A DNA stretch of 64,000 bases, taken from positions 1 through 64,000 of IMG/VR virus record IMGVR_UViG_3300026097_000008. One strand, given 5' to 3'. Of this stretch, positions 1 through 7,556 are shown piece after piece; position 1 is the first letter of the stretch; each line of letters begins with the position of its first letter. The notes under the pieces are model-generated. The model made no database searches. It was given only the letters and a program-made list of their open reading frames with translations, and was not told the origin of the DNA. This stretch comes from a virus. Made by a program: the position numbers and the translations under genes.

Positions 1-13
1 TATATACTTCTAG

Positions 14-26
14 TAAGCTATTGATA
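14..26 (-). promoter_or_regulatory. IHF consensus site
   Basis: Reverse complement TATCAATAGCTTA matches WATCAANNNNTTR exactly. Near-matches at 51-63, 113-125 and 330-342. Confidence 0.65.
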
Positions 27-183
27 TTGTTGGAGTTCAAGTTCACACACTAAGCTATTGTTGTTTATGGTGATTTGTTCGAACTGTGTCGCGGGGTCTA
101 ATAGAGCTTATAGAACAATGACTTATGATGTGTTGTTGAGGCTGTGCGTGAGGTATAGCTTCTAACTGTGTGTGAGGGGCCGT

Positions 184-242
184 TGTGGATAACGTTATAC
201 ACAGTGTAGGTTGTGGATAAACTGTGGATAAACTGTGGATAA
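184..242. promoter_or_regulatory. Cluster of 5 DnaA boxes
   Basis: TGTGGATAA (reverse complement TTATCCACA) at 184-192, 212-220, 223-231 and 234-242, plus TTATACACA at 195-203. The last three have an 11-bp period. Confidence 0.9.
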
Positions 243-275
243 CTTTTGCGAGCGAGAAGAACGGACAAACGAACG

Positions 276-303
276 GGTGCGCATAAGACATATTATGTTA
301 AAT
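276..303 (+). other. dif: dif-like XerC/XerD recombination site
   Basis: GGTGCGCATAA-GACATA-TTATGTTAAAT. Both 11-bp arms are identical to E. coli dif; only the 6-bp core differs. Confidence 0.9.
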
Positions 304-351
304 GTGTGTGCGAGGATTTTCCTCAACGTTTTCAAACACTTAGCGGATTGC

Positions 352-399
352 ATTTAACATAATCCCGTGTGTGTGCGCATATAAGTTATTATGTTAAAT
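352..399. other. Second dif-like site (372-399) plus inverted XerD arm (352-362)
   Basis: TGTGCGCATAT-AAGTTA-TTATGTTAAAT (XerC arm 9/11, XerD arm 11/11). ATTTAACATAA at 352-362 is an exact inverted XerD arm. Confidence 0.75.
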
Positions 400-416
400 T
401 GGGGCGAGGGGGCCGC

Positions 417-429
417 TAAGTTGTTGATT
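417..429 (-). promoter_or_regulatory. IHF consensus site
   Basis: Reverse complement AATCAACAACTTA is an exact WATCAANNNNTTR. It lies in an imperfect inverted repeat, 315-346/413-444. Confidence 0.7.
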
Positions 430-567
430 TTGTTGAGGGAAATCGATTTATAACCTCTTGTTTTTGCTAGTGTTCTTTCTGTGCCGTTTGTGCATTTTTT
501 AGTTGACAGCAGCACAAACTTGTAGTATAGTGTATATACAAGCTTAAACAATATAGAGGGCACTACT

Positions 568-828
568 ATGCAAACACAAACATACACAAACGCTGTTGCA
601 ACTGTTATTGCGTTTTACGCAAAGCAAATTGCAAACGCAAGCTACGACAGCGTAGCGGAAGCTAACGACTACAGCATAACAGACAACTGCGAAAAAATAC
701 AGTACTTGCTTGCGGAAAGTGCGCAACACACTACTGTGCAAAGTTTAGCAGTTGCCGCGCTTAACAGTGCAGCGGATACAGTAGTACGCGAGTGCATGTA
801 TACACAATTGCAAGCGCAAATTAATTAA
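568..828 (+). CDS. Early hypothetical protein (86 aa)
   Basis: Own promoter; GAGGGC at 556; ATG. Confidence 0.8.
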   Translation: MQTQTYTNAVATVIAFYAKQIANASYDSVAEANDYSITDNCEKIQYLLAESAQHTTVQSLAVAALNSAADTVVRECMYTQLQAQIN

Positions 829-901
829 AAAACACTTGACAACTGCGTGTACATATGCTATAGTGTATGTACACGTTAACAATAGCAAAGAGGGCAAACT
901 T

Positions 902-1078
902 ATGCTAAACAAACTTAGTACGCTTAAAGTTAAAAACGGACGCTATGCGCGAATGCAAGTAATTCGCATTTTGGATAATGCTGTACAGTATAGTGCGCTG
1001 TTTATTAAAAACGACGGCTATACAGAAAAGCGCATTTGCACTGTGCGTAATAACACTGTAGTAGCTTGGCAAAGTTAA
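902..1078 (+). CDS. Early hypothetical protein (58 aa)
   Basis: Promoter at 836; GAGGGC at 890. Start moved to ATG 902. Confidence 0.75.
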   Translation: MLNKLSTLKVKNGRYARMQVIRILDNAVQYSALFIKNDGYTEKRICTVRNNTVVAWQS

Positions 1079-1166
1079 CAAATTAATAGTAAAATACAAT
1101 TGTACATTGTAGCATGTGTGTGCTATAGTATACACGTACACTAACAAATAGCAAAGAGGGCTATAT

Positions 1167-1367
1167 ATGCAAAACACACAAACACTGCTACAACAGTATA
1201 ACAGCACCCGCCGTTTTTTACTTACGCTAAACGAAGCGCAACTGCATTTATTAATAGCTGCATTAGATGACAACAACTGCTTGCAAATAACACAAGCACA
1301 AGTGGACAGCGCATACGACGCAATAGACGAACGCACACGCATGCAATATGCACAACACACAAAATAA
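1167..1367 (+). CDS. Early hypothetical protein (66 aa)
   Basis: Promoter at 1101; GAGGGC at 1156. Confidence 0.8.
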   Translation: MQNTQTLLQQYNSTRRFLLTLNEAQLHLLIAALDDNNCLQITQAQVDSAYDAIDERTRMQYAQHTK

Positions 1368-1450
1368 TTTAAAAAACGGTTGACAGCACAGCAAACTTGT
1401 GCTATAGTATACACATACACTAAACAAACAATTGCAATAGAGGGCAAACT

Positions 1451-1588
1451 ATGCAAAAGCTTTTAAACAAAATTACTTTTTACTTTTTGCAACGTGCGTA
1501 TGCGCAAATGGAAGCAACGGGCGACTTGCAAAACGCAGACGACGTTGCGGAGCACGTAGAAGATTATTTTACATATTTTGTAAAATAA
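1451..1588 (+). CDS. Early hypothetical protein (45 aa, not in ORF track)
   Basis: Promoter at 1380; GAGGGC at 1440; MQKLLNKITF...YFVK*. Confidence 0.75.
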   Translation: MQKLLNKITFYFLQRAYAQMEATGDLQNADDVAEHVEDYFTYFVK

Positions 1589-1663
1589 CACTTGACATGT
1601 GTGTGTACTTGTGCTATAGTATACACACACTAAACAAACAATTGCAAAAATAGAGGGCTATAT

Positions 1664-2005
1664 ATGCAAACAATTAATGATACTACATACGTGCAAGCAC
1701 ATGATGCTGCAAACTTAATTACGTTTTTAGCTACAGAATTAGCTATGTATACAGCACGTGTAAAATACACACACGAAACTATTAATAGTATGTGTGTTAA
1801 ACAATTGTGTGATAATATTGATTTTTTAAACTGTGTATATAACGATTGTGTTAATAACACACAGCAACACGAAATGTTTAGTGTAATTGCTGTGTTATTT
1901 GCAGATGGTTATGCAGATGATATTTTAAACAATAATATATTTGACACGTTTAAAGAATTTTGTGCTATTAATAATTTTGAATATGACGAATACAAATATT
2001 TTTAA
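1664..2005 (+). CDS. Early acidic hypothetical protein (113 aa)
   Basis: Promoter at 1592; GAGGGC at 1653. Confidence 0.8.
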   Translation: MQTINDTTYVQAHDAANLITFLATELAMYTARVKYTHETINSMCVKQLCDNIDFLNCVYNDCVNNTQQHEMFSVIAVLFADGYADDILNNNIFDTFKEFCAINNFEYDEYKYF

Positions 2006-2098
2006 ACACTGTATAAATTAACAGTTGACAAGTGTGTGTATGTGTGCTACAATGTACACATACACTAAACAAACAATTGCAAAAATAGAGGGCTATAT

Positions 2099-2293
2099 AT
2101 GCAAAACAAGTACGCTACGCTTAAAGCACAACTGCTTGCAGTAATTGAAGCAGCAGATGATGCATACGATTTGACTGACGTAGATGAATATGCAGATGCA
2201 AGCAACGAATATGCGCTTGTGCTTGAAGAGATTGTGCAACTGTACGAAGCTGCTGATTTTGATACACAAAGCATTGTGCAAAACGCACTGTAA
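2099..2293 (+). CDS. Early highly acidic protein (64 aa)
   Basis: Promoter at 2025; GAGGGC at 2088; D/E-rich. Confidence 0.8.
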   Translation: MQNKYATLKAQLLAVIEAADDAYDLTDVDEYADASNEYALVLEEIVQLYEAADFDTQSIVQNAL

Positions 2294-2371
2294 AAAATAA
2301 CACTTGACATGTGTGTGCGTGTGTGCTATAGTATACACGTACACTACGCAAACAGCAATAGAGGGCAAACT

Positions 2372-2839
2372 ATGTACACATTTGCAAACACACTGCTTAC
2401 TAAACTTGCGGCATGCGAGCATGTTAACGTTGAACAGCGCGACAGCGAAGAATACGTTGTGACAGTAGACTTAGGCGGCGGCTATGCTGACAAGGACTGG
2501 GAAGGCGGCTACTGGGCTGACACAGTGCGCATTACGGACGAAACGCTAGAATTGCAGTTTAGCGTATTTGGTGGAGACAGCAACTGGAACGCTGACGATG
2601 ACTGCGATTACTGCATAGGCGAAGGCTACGTACACATGCACTACGCAGACTATGGCGAAGGCAACTTAGCATACACAAGTGCATTAGAAGATGCGATTAA
2701 CGATGCTATACAAACACGCACAAATGGCATACTGTATGCAGACGGAAGCGAGCAGGGCATGCAAGGCTACGACAGCGCAGACGAGTGCTATTTAAGTTTA
2801 GACATTGAAGAGTGGTACGAGGAGACTGTGCAAGCATAA
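2372..2839 (+). CDS. Early highly acidic protein (155 aa), possible DNA mimic
   Basis: Promoter at 2304; GAGGGC at 2361; start ATG 2372. Very D/E/Y-rich with few K/R. Confidence 0.8.
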   Translation: MYTFANTLLTKLAACEHVNVEQRDSEEYVVTVDLGGGYADKDWEGGYWADTVRITDETLELQFSVFGGDSNWNADDDCDYCIGEGYVHMHYADYGEGNLAYTSALEDAINDAIQTRTNGILYADGSEQGMQGYDSADECYLSLDIEEWYEETVQA

Positions 2840-2934
2840 AAATAAATTGCACTGCTGTTAAAAAAACACTTGACAGCAGTGCAAACTTGTGCTATAGTGT
2901 AAACATAAACTTAAACAAGCGAGAGGGCTACGCC

Positions 2935-3252
2935 ATGTTTTACGTATACGAGAAAGCAACCACTTATATTATCGGCAAGCAGGGCACACCGGATCATCGT
3001 GCTAGCTACAAGACAATGGCTGCGGCTAAGGCAGCACTCACACGCATTGCAAAGGCGAGTGGCTTAATGCCCGTGGATGAGAACTATCCCCTCTACACAC
3101 TAGGCATTGCAGAAGCTGCCTACTTCCACAAGTCGATTGAAAAGCAAGTCAAGCGAAAGGTGCTTGAGGGCTTTGGCGGCAAGGAATATTACGAACCCAT
3201 CAACACTCCCAACTACTGCTCGCCCAGCTCAGAAAGTTATTGGTCGATGTAA
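2935..3252 (+). CDS. Early hypothetical protein
   Basis: Promoter at 2870; GAGGGC at 2923; ends TPNYCSPSSESYWSM. Confidence 0.85.
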   Translation: MFYVYEKATTYIIGKQGTPDHRASYKTMAAAKAALTRIAKASGLMPVDENYPLYTLGIAEAAYFHKSIEKQVKRKVLEGFGGKEYYEPINTPNYCSPSSESYWSM

Positions 3253-3321
3253 AAAGAGGTTGACAGCGTAGCCGTTTGAGGCTATACTGTATATAACAGT
3301 TAGGCAAACGGAGGGCAATCC

Positions 3322-3564
3322 ATGCAAAACACATTTATAACAGACTACGGTATGTTTACTAGCGCAGGCAACTGTGCTGTGGACGAAATCGTTCGCGAAG
3401 CACGTGAGCTGGCAGGTGTAGACGGGCCAGTTAACCCTGTACAACAGGCCATCAACTACATGCTCAACGAACTGGAGTACCTAGGCAAGGAACACTTCGA
3501 AGAAGCAGAGGACACCGCGGTACGTGAAGCCGCACTGGCAGAGTTCTTCGCAGAGGAGGATTAA
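3322..3564 (+). CDS. Early acidic hypothetical protein
   Basis: Promoter at 3260; GAGGGC at 3311. Confidence 0.85.
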   Translation: MQNTFITDYGMFTSAGNCAVDEIVREARELAGVDGPVNPVQQAINYMLNELEYLGKEHFEEAEDTAVREAALAEFFAEED

Positions 3565-3638
3565 AAAGAGGTTGACAGGGTAGCACTTCGGTGCTACACT
3601 GTATATACAGTTAAGCAATAGCAAAGAGGGTAAACGCT

Positions 3639-3914
3639 ATGAACACAGTCCAAACAGCAATCAACGCAATCCGCAACATGAACAACGATGAGCTGAACCA
3701 GATTATCGAAGCGGTCAAACTCCAACGCACATACCTAGCACGTTCGACAGCAAAGGCTTTGGCTGTTGGTGACACTGTGCAATTTACAGGACGCGGTGGC
3801 AATACAGTGACTGGTACGGTCACAAAGATCAATCGCAAGACAGTGGTAGTAGACGAAGGCTTCACACGCTGGAAGGTGCCAGCTAGCCTGCTGTCTTTAA
3901 CGGAGACTGCATAA
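3639..3914 (+). CDS. Early protein with SH3/KOW-like beta C-terminus
   Basis: LAVGDTVQF...GTVTKINRKTVVV...WKVP pattern; promoter at 3572. Confidence 0.75.
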   Translation: MNTVQTAINAIRNMNNDELNQIIEAVKLQRTYLARSTAKALAVGDTVQFTGRGGNTVTGTVTKINRKTVVVDEGFTRWKVPASLLSLTETA

Positions 3915-4033
3915 TGTATGAAGTCCTACTAAATGGCAAGAGGGTTGCGCTATGCAACTCTCTCCAACTTGCAGAAAGCTATGTTCGATCAACCCCGGGT
4001 GCTACAGTCGTAGGCCCCGCTGCTAGGAGATAA
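3914..4033 (+). CDS. Small hypothetical protein (39 aa)
   Basis: TAATG overlap with upstream gene; GGAG upstream. Confidence 0.5.
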   Translation: MYEVLLNGKRVALCNSLQLAESYVRSTPGATVVGPAARR

Positions 4034-4036
4034 GAT

Positions 4037-4612
4037 ATGCCCAACTGGTGCTACAACAATCTAGACATTACCGCAAAGACACCTGAGCAGATGGAGATGC
4101 TTGATCGTGTGAGCAAGGCAGAAGCCGCGGATGGTTTCATCAGTATGTTCCTTCCGCTGCCTGAGGCACTCAAGGAAACTACAAGCCCTGCACCACAGCC
4201 AGGGCAAGCCAACTACAAAGGCGAACAGCCAGTGGTGGACGGTTTCGACAACTGGTATGACTGGCAAGTGGCCAAGTGGGGAACCAAGTGGGATCCAGAA
4301 GTCATGGACTGTGATTACGATGGCGAAACTCTTACTGTATCGTTCGACTCAGCTTGGGCACCGCCCATTGCGTTCTACGAGTGGTTAGTAGAACAAGGCT
4401 ACGAAGTAAGTGCCAACTACTACGAGCCAGGTATGGACTACGCTGGGGAGTGGGTCAACGGCGATGACTTTATGCTAGAGAATGTGAGCGACCTTGCTCG
4501 CCAGACTGAGGAGTCACTGTCCACTCGCGAGTATGACATCCTCGAGATGTTTGGCATCTTTGAAGAGGTTGCTCAATACGACGAAGAAGAAATGTTAGAC
4601 GACGGTGCATAA
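4037..4612 (+). CDS. YubB/DUF1281-family ferredoxin-like protein
   Basis: MPNWCxN, WYDW...WGTKWD, FDSAWAPP and YYEPG motifs; AGGAG RBS. Confidence 0.8.
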   Translation: MPNWCYNNLDITAKTPEQMEMLDRVSKAEAADGFISMFLPLPEALKETTSPAPQPGQANYKGEQPVVDGFDNWYDWQVAKWGTKWDPEVMDCDYDGETLTVSFDSAWAPPIAFYEWLVEQGYEVSANYYEPGMDYAGEWVNGDDFMLENVSDLARQTEESLSTREYDILEMFGIFEEVAQYDEEEMLDDGA

Positions 4613-4671
4613 AACGGTTGACAAACTGGGCTCTCCTTGCTATACTGTATTCATAGTGAGGAGGGCATCCA

Positions 4672-4809
4672 ATGAAGCAGTCAAAGATCAAAGTTCGCAA
4701 CAAGGCGTTTGGCCAAGCTCGTTCAGAAGGACGACTAGCCGCTCGCGTGGAGCGTGACCGCACCAAGTACCATCGCAAAGAAAAACACAAAAACCGGTTG
4801 ACAGCCTAG
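4672..4809 (+). CDS. Small basic protein, ArfA-like (45 aa, not in ORF track)
   Basis: Promoter at 4618; GAGGGC at 4661; RVERDRTKYHRKEKH. Confidence 0.65.
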   Translation: MKQSKIKVRNKAFGQARSEGRLAARVERDRTKYHRKEKHKNRLTA

Positions 4810-4857
4810 GCACTAGGTGCTATACTTTATATAACAGTTAGGGCATTGGAGGGCAAG

Positions 4858-5145
4858 ATGGCTTATTACACTTACACTAAAGATCCAATCGGGTGCTTCG
4901 TTGAGAAGGACACCGGCAACTATTTCGAATATAGTGACATCGGCGACGATCCTATGATGTACGAAGAAAACGGTGGCTTCACTCACAAGGTATGGGTAGG
5001 CGGCGGTGGCGTATGCGGCGACCAAGGATATCGCTATGCCGTGGTTATGAAGACAGTGGCCCTCATCTGTGTGGATGAAGATGACGAAGGACTTCCGGTA
5101 GTAGAGAAGTGGTACTTGAAAAAGAACACGGAGTATGCGGTATGA
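4858..5145 (+). CDS. Early hypothetical protein
   Basis: Promoter at 4798; GAGGGC at 4849; start ATG 4858. Confidence 0.8.
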   Translation: MAYYTYTKDPIGCFVEKDTGNYFEYSDIGDDPMMYEENGGFTHKVWVGGGGVCGDQGYRYAVVMKTVALICVDEDDEGLPVVEKWYLKKNTEYAV

Positions 5146-5351
5146 GCTTGCAATGTCTTACAGAGACCACAGAGGATCTACTGCCTCACACCTATCTAGT
5201 AGACGAAAAGCGAGGCAAGATGTTGGCCTACCGCAAGAGCTCAGGTGAGATTGATGTCTTCTCCAAGCCACTCTCCTTTGGAAAGAAATACAGAAAGTTC
5301 AAAAAAGTGGTTGACAACGAACTGGTTCGAGCATATACTGTATACAGTTAA
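5142..5351 (+). CDS. Hypothetical protein
   Basis: ATGA overlap; GGAG RBS. Confidence 0.7.
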   Translation: MSLQCLTETTEDLLPHTYLVDEKRGKMLAYRKSSGEIDVFSKPLSFGKKYRKFKKVVDNELVRAYTVYS

Positions 5352-5375
5352 ACAATAAAGCAGAGGGCTTACAAA

Positions 5376-5852
5376 ATGGGTACACGTTCAGCAATTGGTT
5401 ACAAGACTCCAGAAGGCAAGATCCGTGCAAAGTACTGCCACTATGATGGCTACGTTGCACACAACGGACGCATCCTGCAGGAGCACTACCAAGCCGCATA
5501 CAAGATCGCACAGTTGGTAGAACTAGGCGACATGAGCACACTTGACGCAGAGATTGGTGTACAAGTAGACTTTGACGATCGTGACGCACACGAAGGACAG
5601 TGTGTGTTCTATGCTCGCGACAGAGGCGAGACAGGTACAGATGCACAAGAGTTTGACACTGTGCAGGAGTTTGTTGACTACTATGCGTCAGCAGGATGCG
5701 AATACTTCTACTTGCACACAGCCGCAGGTTGGATTGTACATGACCGCTACAATGTAGGCAAAGACTCGTTTGGCTACCCTGTGTTTGACGACTTGGAGAC
5801 TTGTGTGGCGCTTGAAGTGTCACGCCTCAAAGCACAAGGCTACGATATCTAA
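5376..5852 (+). CDS. Conserved phage early protein (MGTRS...YCHYDGY type)
   Basis: Promoter at 5311; GAGGGC at 5364; motif common in phage hypothetical proteins. Confidence 0.85.
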   Translation: MGTRSAIGYKTPEGKIRAKYCHYDGYVAHNGRILQEHYQAAYKIAQLVELGDMSTLDAEIGVQVDFDDRDAHEGQCVFYARDRGETGTDAQEFDTVQEFVDYYASAGCEYFYLHTAAGWIVHDRYNVGKDSFGYPVFDDLETCVALEVSRLKAQGYDI

Positions 5853-5916
5853 AAAGAGGTTGACAGTCCTACGGGGCTGTCATATACTTAATGTAAGAGG
5901 AGTAAATAAGTTTCAA

Positions 5917-5993
5917 GCGCCTGTAGCTCAATTGGTTAGAGCGTCGGACTCATAATCCGGGGGTTGGGGGTTCAAGTCCCTCCGGGCGCACCA
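5917..5993 (+). tRNA. tRNA with CAT anticodon, probably Ile2 (else elongator Met)
   Basis: Cloverleaf; TCGGA-CT-CAT-AA-TCCGG; encoded CCA; paired 1-72; C4-G69/C5-G68 as in TilS substrates. Confidence 0.9.
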
Positions 5994-5997
5994 TATA

Positions 5998-6074
<77 letters not shown>

Positions 6075-6179
6075 AACAACGACAGCGCACCTTAGCAATG
6101 GCGATGAGCTAGGAGATCAAACTGCGACTGTCAGGCTCTGGGACTATTAATAGACTTGCCTGGGGTCGCGCAATCCATT

Positions 6180-6266
6180 GCTCGCGTGGTGGAATTGGTA
6201 GACACAAGGGACTTAAAATCCCTCGCCCCAAAAGGCATGCCGGTTCGAGTCCGGCCGCGAGTACCA
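6180..6266 (+). tRNA. tRNA-Leu(TAA)
   Basis: AGGGA-CT-TAA-AA-TCCCT; long variable arm; GTTCGAGT; CCA. Confidence 0.95.
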
Positions 6267-6269
6267 AGT

Positions 6270-6330
6270 TTGCGGAAGTTGATCTCAGAATGTGCCCTCG
6301 TTCTTAGTAGATCCTTCCGCAATATTTTTT
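6270..6330 (+). ncRNA. Hairpin/terminator displaying GCCCUC in its loop
   Basis: TTGCGGAAG/CTTCCGCAA, GATCT/AGATC and AGAA/TTCT stems; loop TGTGCCCTCG; T-tract follows. Confidence 0.7.
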
Positions 6331-6409
6331 GAAAAAAATGGTTGACAAACCTGGGCATTGGTGGTATACTGTATATAACAGTTAGGAAATAGACATTAGA
6401 GGGCACACT

Positions 6410-6808
6410 ATGTCAATCACACTTCTTCAACACATTGAGTCACTTAACGCACAAGCTGATCTGCTCATGGAGCAGGAGCCAGGCTTGTGGATGAGCAAGT
6501 ACACGGACGACATGAGCCATTGGGCAGACATGGGTGTGTACACTGTGGAGGACTTCAAGCGTAGTCAGTTGATCAATGGTATCTCAGATGCATCAAAGGA
6601 CCTCTACGGTTGCCGCATGCGCCTTGCGTGGGATGAGATGAGCATTGAGCAGATGGAGTCTACATACGAGAACATCTGTGCTCAGTTGAACGCACAGTAT
6701 GAAGAGGAGAAGGCTGCGGCTGAGTGGGAAGCAGAGTGTAAGCGTGGATTGCCAGATGACTGTAAGCCACTGCCCTACGAAGACTACGCATACCTGGAGG
6801 AGGTGTAA
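6410..6808 (+). CDS. Early hypothetical protein
   Basis: Promoter at 6342; GAGGGC at 6399. Confidence 0.85.
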   Translation: MSITLLQHIESLNAQADLLMEQEPGLWMSKYTDDMSHWADMGVYTVEDFKRSQLINGISDASKDLYGCRMRLAWDEMSIEQMESTYENICAQLNAQYEEEKAAAEWEAECKRGLPDDCKPLPYEDYAYLEEV

Positions 6809-6809
6809 G

Positions 6810-6887
6810 ATGGAACTGCTGATCGCATTCACACCCGCACTGGTCATCTTCGTTCCTATGGCGATTGCAATCATGCTTCGCCCGTAA
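6810..6887 (+). CDS. Small membrane peptide (25 aa)
   Basis: GGAGGAGG RBS; MELLIAFTPALVIFVPMAIAIMLRP. Confidence 0.6.
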   Translation: MELLIAFTPALVIFVPMAIAIMLRP

Positions 6888-6959
6888 TTAGGGGTTGACA
6901 AACGATCATTTAGATCATATACTGTATAGACAATGAAGCAAACGATGAGGGCAAACATC

Positions 6960-7118
6960 ATGACAGACTACAGAGATTTCGCAATTGAGTTGGTTGAGGA
7001 TATGGGCTACTCCGCAGAGGATATGCTCACAGCCGCGCTGAAGTATATGAGCCAATCCGACGTTGAAGATATGCTTCGCGTCAACGAGTATCCACAACCT
7101 TGTGAGGAGGAAGTGTAA
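6960..7118 (+). CDS. Small acidic early protein
   Basis: Promoter at 6895; GAGGGC at 6947; start ATG 6960. Confidence 0.75.
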   Translation: MTDYRDFAIELVEDMGYSAEDMLTAALKYMSQSDVEDMLRVNEYPQPCEEEV

Positions 7119-7333
7119 TGGAATACTTCACCACAGTCCGCGCAGAGGTGTATATCACCCTGCGAAGCGAGCGTCCATTGGACCGAGAAGAAGTTCACAC
7201 AGTGCTGAGCGAGATGCACTACGAATTCGGAGACGATGAAGGCTACGGCCTCGACGACGGCGAGAGCACTCACATCTGTGCTACACGCTGGGAAGATAAT
7301 GAAATTACTCATATGAATCGGGAGGACGCATAA
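7118..7333 (+). CDS. Hypothetical protein
   Basis: TAATG coupling; GAGGAGG RBS. Confidence 0.75.
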   Translation: MEYFTTVRAEVYITLRSERPLDREEVHTVLSEMHYEFGDDEGYGLDDGESTHICATRWEDNEITHMNREDA

Positions 7334-7494
7334 TGTTCCAGCAATACTTTGTATACTACGATGGCCGGTTCGCTGGCACTGTGATGGCACTGTCAGAGTC
7401 TAGTGCAAAGGACAAAGGCTGTCAACTCGCAGGTGTAAGCGCAAGTGCATACACTGGTAAGGCTCGAAGATTAGTTGAAGTTGTTCGCAGATAA
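7333..7494 (+). CDS. Hypothetical protein (53 aa, not in ORF track)
   Basis: TAATG coupling; GGAGG RBS. Confidence 0.65.
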   Translation: MFQQYFVYYDGRFAGTVMALSESSAKDKGCQLAGVSASAYTGKARRLVEVVRR

Positions 7495-7556
7495 TGGTTG
7501 ACAAACTTGGATAAGACTGTATACTATTATTAATAGTTAGGACAAACGAGGGCGAT

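Noticed and set aside
55-587. ORFs 55-291 and 354-587 (- strand)
   Set aside because: No RBS, they overlap dense DNA-binding motifs, and the sequences are not protein-like.
905-2422. Cys/Val-rich minus-strand ORFs opposite the early genes
   Set aside because: Shadow frames of the skewed composition; all promoters and RBSs are on the + strand.
481-2930. Alternative genetic code or UV-dimer avoidance as the cause of the odd composition
   Set aside because: ORFs end in normal stops and long genes read through under code 11. TT is abundant, and the template strand still contains TC.
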